Shown: positions 45,205-46,762 of the stretch, in pieces
Layout of the letters: each line of letters starts with the position of its first letter
Position numbering within the stretch: the stretch's first letter is position 1
Assembly: GCA_045534215.1 (NCBI GenBank)
Contig: JAZSJG010000077.1
Coordinates: forward strand, 1 to 46,762
DNA from: Eubacteriales bacterium
GTDB taxonomy: Bacteria > Bacillota > Clostridia > Oscillospirales > CAG-272
Direction of reading: 5' to 3'
Length of the DNA: 46,762 nt
Notes under the pieces: model-generated
Databases searched by the model: none
What the model was told of the DNA's origin: nothing
Seen by the model: the letters and a program-made list of their open reading frames with translations, nothing else
Translations under genes and position numbers: made by a program

Positions 45205-46254
45205 TTGGAAACTAAAACTGTAATCAGAAAAGAAACAAAAAATAAGCTCCGTGTTGACTACGAAGGTAAACTCTCTTTCAAAGAAAGATTTATGCAGAAG
45301 CTTAAGTCTTCAAATACTTGGATAAAGGTCGTAATTAACATATTCCGATTCATTCTCATGCTCGGTGTTTCTTATGTTATTATTTATCCATTCTTCACGA
45401 AGATTGCCGGTTCATTTATGTCTAAAGAGGACTTGATTGACCCGACAGTAGCGCTTATTCCCAAACACTTTACCGGTGAAATTTATAAGTATATAGTAAT
45501 TGATAACCACTATTTGGAAGCAGTTCTTAACACCTTGCTCCTTTCATTGATTTGTGCTTTGATACAGACTTTTATTGCCTGCCTTATCGGTTACGGACTT
45601 GCAAAGTTCAAATTCAAGGGTAATAGCTTGGTAATGCTCGTTGTTGTCTTTACTATGATTATTCCTCACTCGACTTTGAAGCTCGCGCTTCACGAGCACT
45701 TCGACAATTTCGACATTCTTACTGTCGTAGCTTGGAACTATAAGGGACCGCTTGAACTTATCTTCGGTTCAATCCGTCTTACAGATACCTTCTGGCCTCT
45801 TATTCTTCTTTCTATCTTCGGTCTTGCTTTTAAGAACGGCTTGTATATTTACCTTATGCGCCAGTTCTTTAAGGGCGTTCCCGATGAGCTTGAAGAGTCA
45901 GCATACGTTGACGGTTCAGGTGTGTTCCGTACGTTCTTGCAGATTATTCTTCCGCTTTCCGTACCTATGATGATAACAATATTCCTGTTCTCATTCTCAT
46001 GGCAGTGGACTGATGACTTCTACACCAACGTATTCTTCACACTCTCACCCGGTGATGAGGGAATGATATATCTTATGCCTGATATACTTTCTATCCCAGC
46101 TTCGCTGAGAACTAACTATGCCGGCCAGACTCTGTATTACAACGTAATTCAGAATACTGCGGGTATGATGGTAATAGCTCCCTTGATTATCCTTTATCTC
46201 TTCTGTCAGAGATATCTTGTTCAAGGTATTGAGCGTTCCGGTTTTGTTGGTTAA
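45205..46254 (+). CDS. ABC importer permease, MalG-like (second pair), TTG start
   Basis: EAA loop EESAYVDGSGVFRTFLQIILPLSVP. TTG at 45205, 7 nt after the SD AAGGAGG (45191-45197). Confidence 0.85.
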   Translation: METKTVIRKETKNKLRVDYEGKLSFKERFMQKLKSSNTWIKVVINIFRFILMLGVSYVIIYPFFTKIAGSFMSKEDLIDPTVALIPKHFTGEIYKYIVIDNHYLEAVLNTLLLSLICALIQTFIACLIGYGLAKFKFKGNSLVMLVVVFTMIIPHSTLKLALHEHFDNFDILTVVAWNYKGPLELIFGSIRLTDTFWPLILLSIFGLAFKNGLYIYLMRQFFKGVPDELEESAYVDGSGVFRTFLQIILPLSVPMMITIFLFSFSWQWTDDFYTNVFFTLSPGDEGMIYLMPDILSIPASLRTNYAGQTLYYNVIQNTAGMMVIAPLIILYLFCQRYLVQGIERSGFVG

Positions 46255-46265
46255 TTTATACTTAA

Positions 46266-46291
46266 AAGGGTGCAAATTTATTTGCACCCTT
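46266..46291 (+). terminator. Intrinsic terminator closing the seven-gene operon
   Basis: AAGGGTGCAAA (46266-46276) / TTTGCACCCTT (46281-46291), followed by AAATTTTTA. Confidence 0.7.
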
Positions 46292-46302
46292 AAATTTTTA
46301 GG

Positions 46303-46331
46303 TTGACAGCAATCATCTTTAGCTGTATAAT
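46303..46331 (+). promoter_or_regulatory. Consensus extended -10 promoter of mscS
   Basis: TTGACA (46303-46308), a 17-nt spacer ending in TG, then TATAAT (46326-46331). Confidence 0.65.
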
Positions 46332-46358
46332 ATAATAAAAAAGAAAGGATAAATAAAA

Positions 46359-46762
46359 ATGGACTGGAAAGAAAAATTAAGCAATTTAATTGACACCGTT
46401 ATATCTTGGACAACCACTTCGGGACTTAGATTGATTATCGCGGTTATTATACTTTTCGTATCTTTTAAGATAATAAATGGACTGTCAAAGAAAATTGAAA
46501 AAAGAGCTCTTAAAAGGAACGTTGATAAAACTATTGTAAAAACACTTTCGTACATAGGCAAGATTACTCTTAAATGCGTAATAGCAATATCCCTTGTCGG
46601 ATATGTGGGTATAGATACAAGCGGAATTGCAGCGCTTGTGACATCTCTCGGTGTGTGCGCAGGTCTTGCTGTAAACGGCGCACTCTCAAATCTTGCAGGT
46701 GGTGTGCTCATTATTATAACACGTCCGTTTAGAGTTGACGATTACATTGAAGCACAAGGATA
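46359..46762 (+). CDS. mscS: Small-conductance mechanosensitive channel (MscS family), N-terminal part (open to the window end)
   Basis: Absent from the ORF track. My translation from ATG 46359 reads MDWKEKLSNLIDTVISWTTTSGLRLIIAVIILFVSFKIING...GIAALVTSLGVCAGLAVNGALSNLAGGVLIIITRPFRVDDYIEAQG, which matches the MscS TM3 / beta-domain signature. Confidence 0.8.
   Translation, partial: MDWKEKLSNLIDTVISWTTTSGLRLIIAVIILFVSFKIINGLSKKIEKRALKRNVDKTIVKTLSYIGKITLKCVIAISLVGYVGIDTSGIAALVTSLGVCAGLAVNGALSNLAGGVLIIITRPFRVDDYIEAQG

Noticed and set aside
33120-46254. Whether the seven-gene operon is a horizontally acquired island.
   Set aside because: There is no integrase, transposase, flanking direct repeat or adjacent tRNA gene. 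By eye, base composition and codon style match the flanking housekeeping genes. A quantitative GC or codon-usage scan would be needed to be sure.
1-46762. A scan for CRISPR arrays, tRNA/rRNA genes, IS elements, long direct or inverted repeats, and toxin-antitoxin or defence-type gene pairs.
   Set aside because: Reading both strands, I found nothing of this kind. The only repeats seen are short operator-like or terminator inverted repeats, listed above. A computational repeat or covariance-model scan would be more sensitive than my reading.

Overview
This window is a chromosomal segment of a low-GC Gram-positive genome. It looks Clostridia-like (possibly Oscillospiraceae/Ruminococcaceae), but that placement is inferred from synteny and codon style only. 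I see no rRNA, tRNA, CRISPR array, IS element, integrase or phage genes.

Layout:
- 1-6.7 kb: the conserved rsmI / yabB-like methyltransferase / ferredoxin / ricT / holB block on the minus strand, divergent from metG-tatD.
- 6.8-11.7 kb: a spore-type LysM-GH18-like protein, enolase, a translationally coupled PqqD-like plus Ser/His S24/S26 peptidase pair, and a D-aminoacylase.
- 11.8-22.5 kb: one long minus-strand aromatic amino-acid supraoperon. Its order is aminotransferase, pheA, aroB, aroC, an aroE-aroK fusion, aroQ, aroA, tyrA and DAHP synthase, with malQ at the tail. A divergent TetR gene lies upstream, and a tandem palindromic TGTTAACA motif sits in the leader.
- 23.3-29.5 kb: an anion permease, trkH-trkA, and a lipoprotein-anchored M3 peptidase.
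- 29.9-32.5 kb: nifS-nifU-mnmA.
- 33.1-46.3 kb: a tightly coupled 13.1 kb, seven-gene operon.
- 46.36 kb to the end: a partial mscS gene.

The seven-gene operon is my best candidate for an undescribed system. It encodes a 1115-aa secreted, non-lipoprotein solute-binding protein fused to two CBM-like modules, then a MalF/MalG-type permease pair. Next comes a 725-aa NHL-propeller/TPR/Yip1 membrane protein. A 1238-aa secreted protein of unknown function (I believe the DUF5696 family, from memory) sits in the usual SBP position ahead of a second permease pair. The operon contains no ATPase, no glycoside hydrolase I can recognise, and no regulator.

All functional calls come from reading the translated ORFs and motifs by eye. 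No database search was run.
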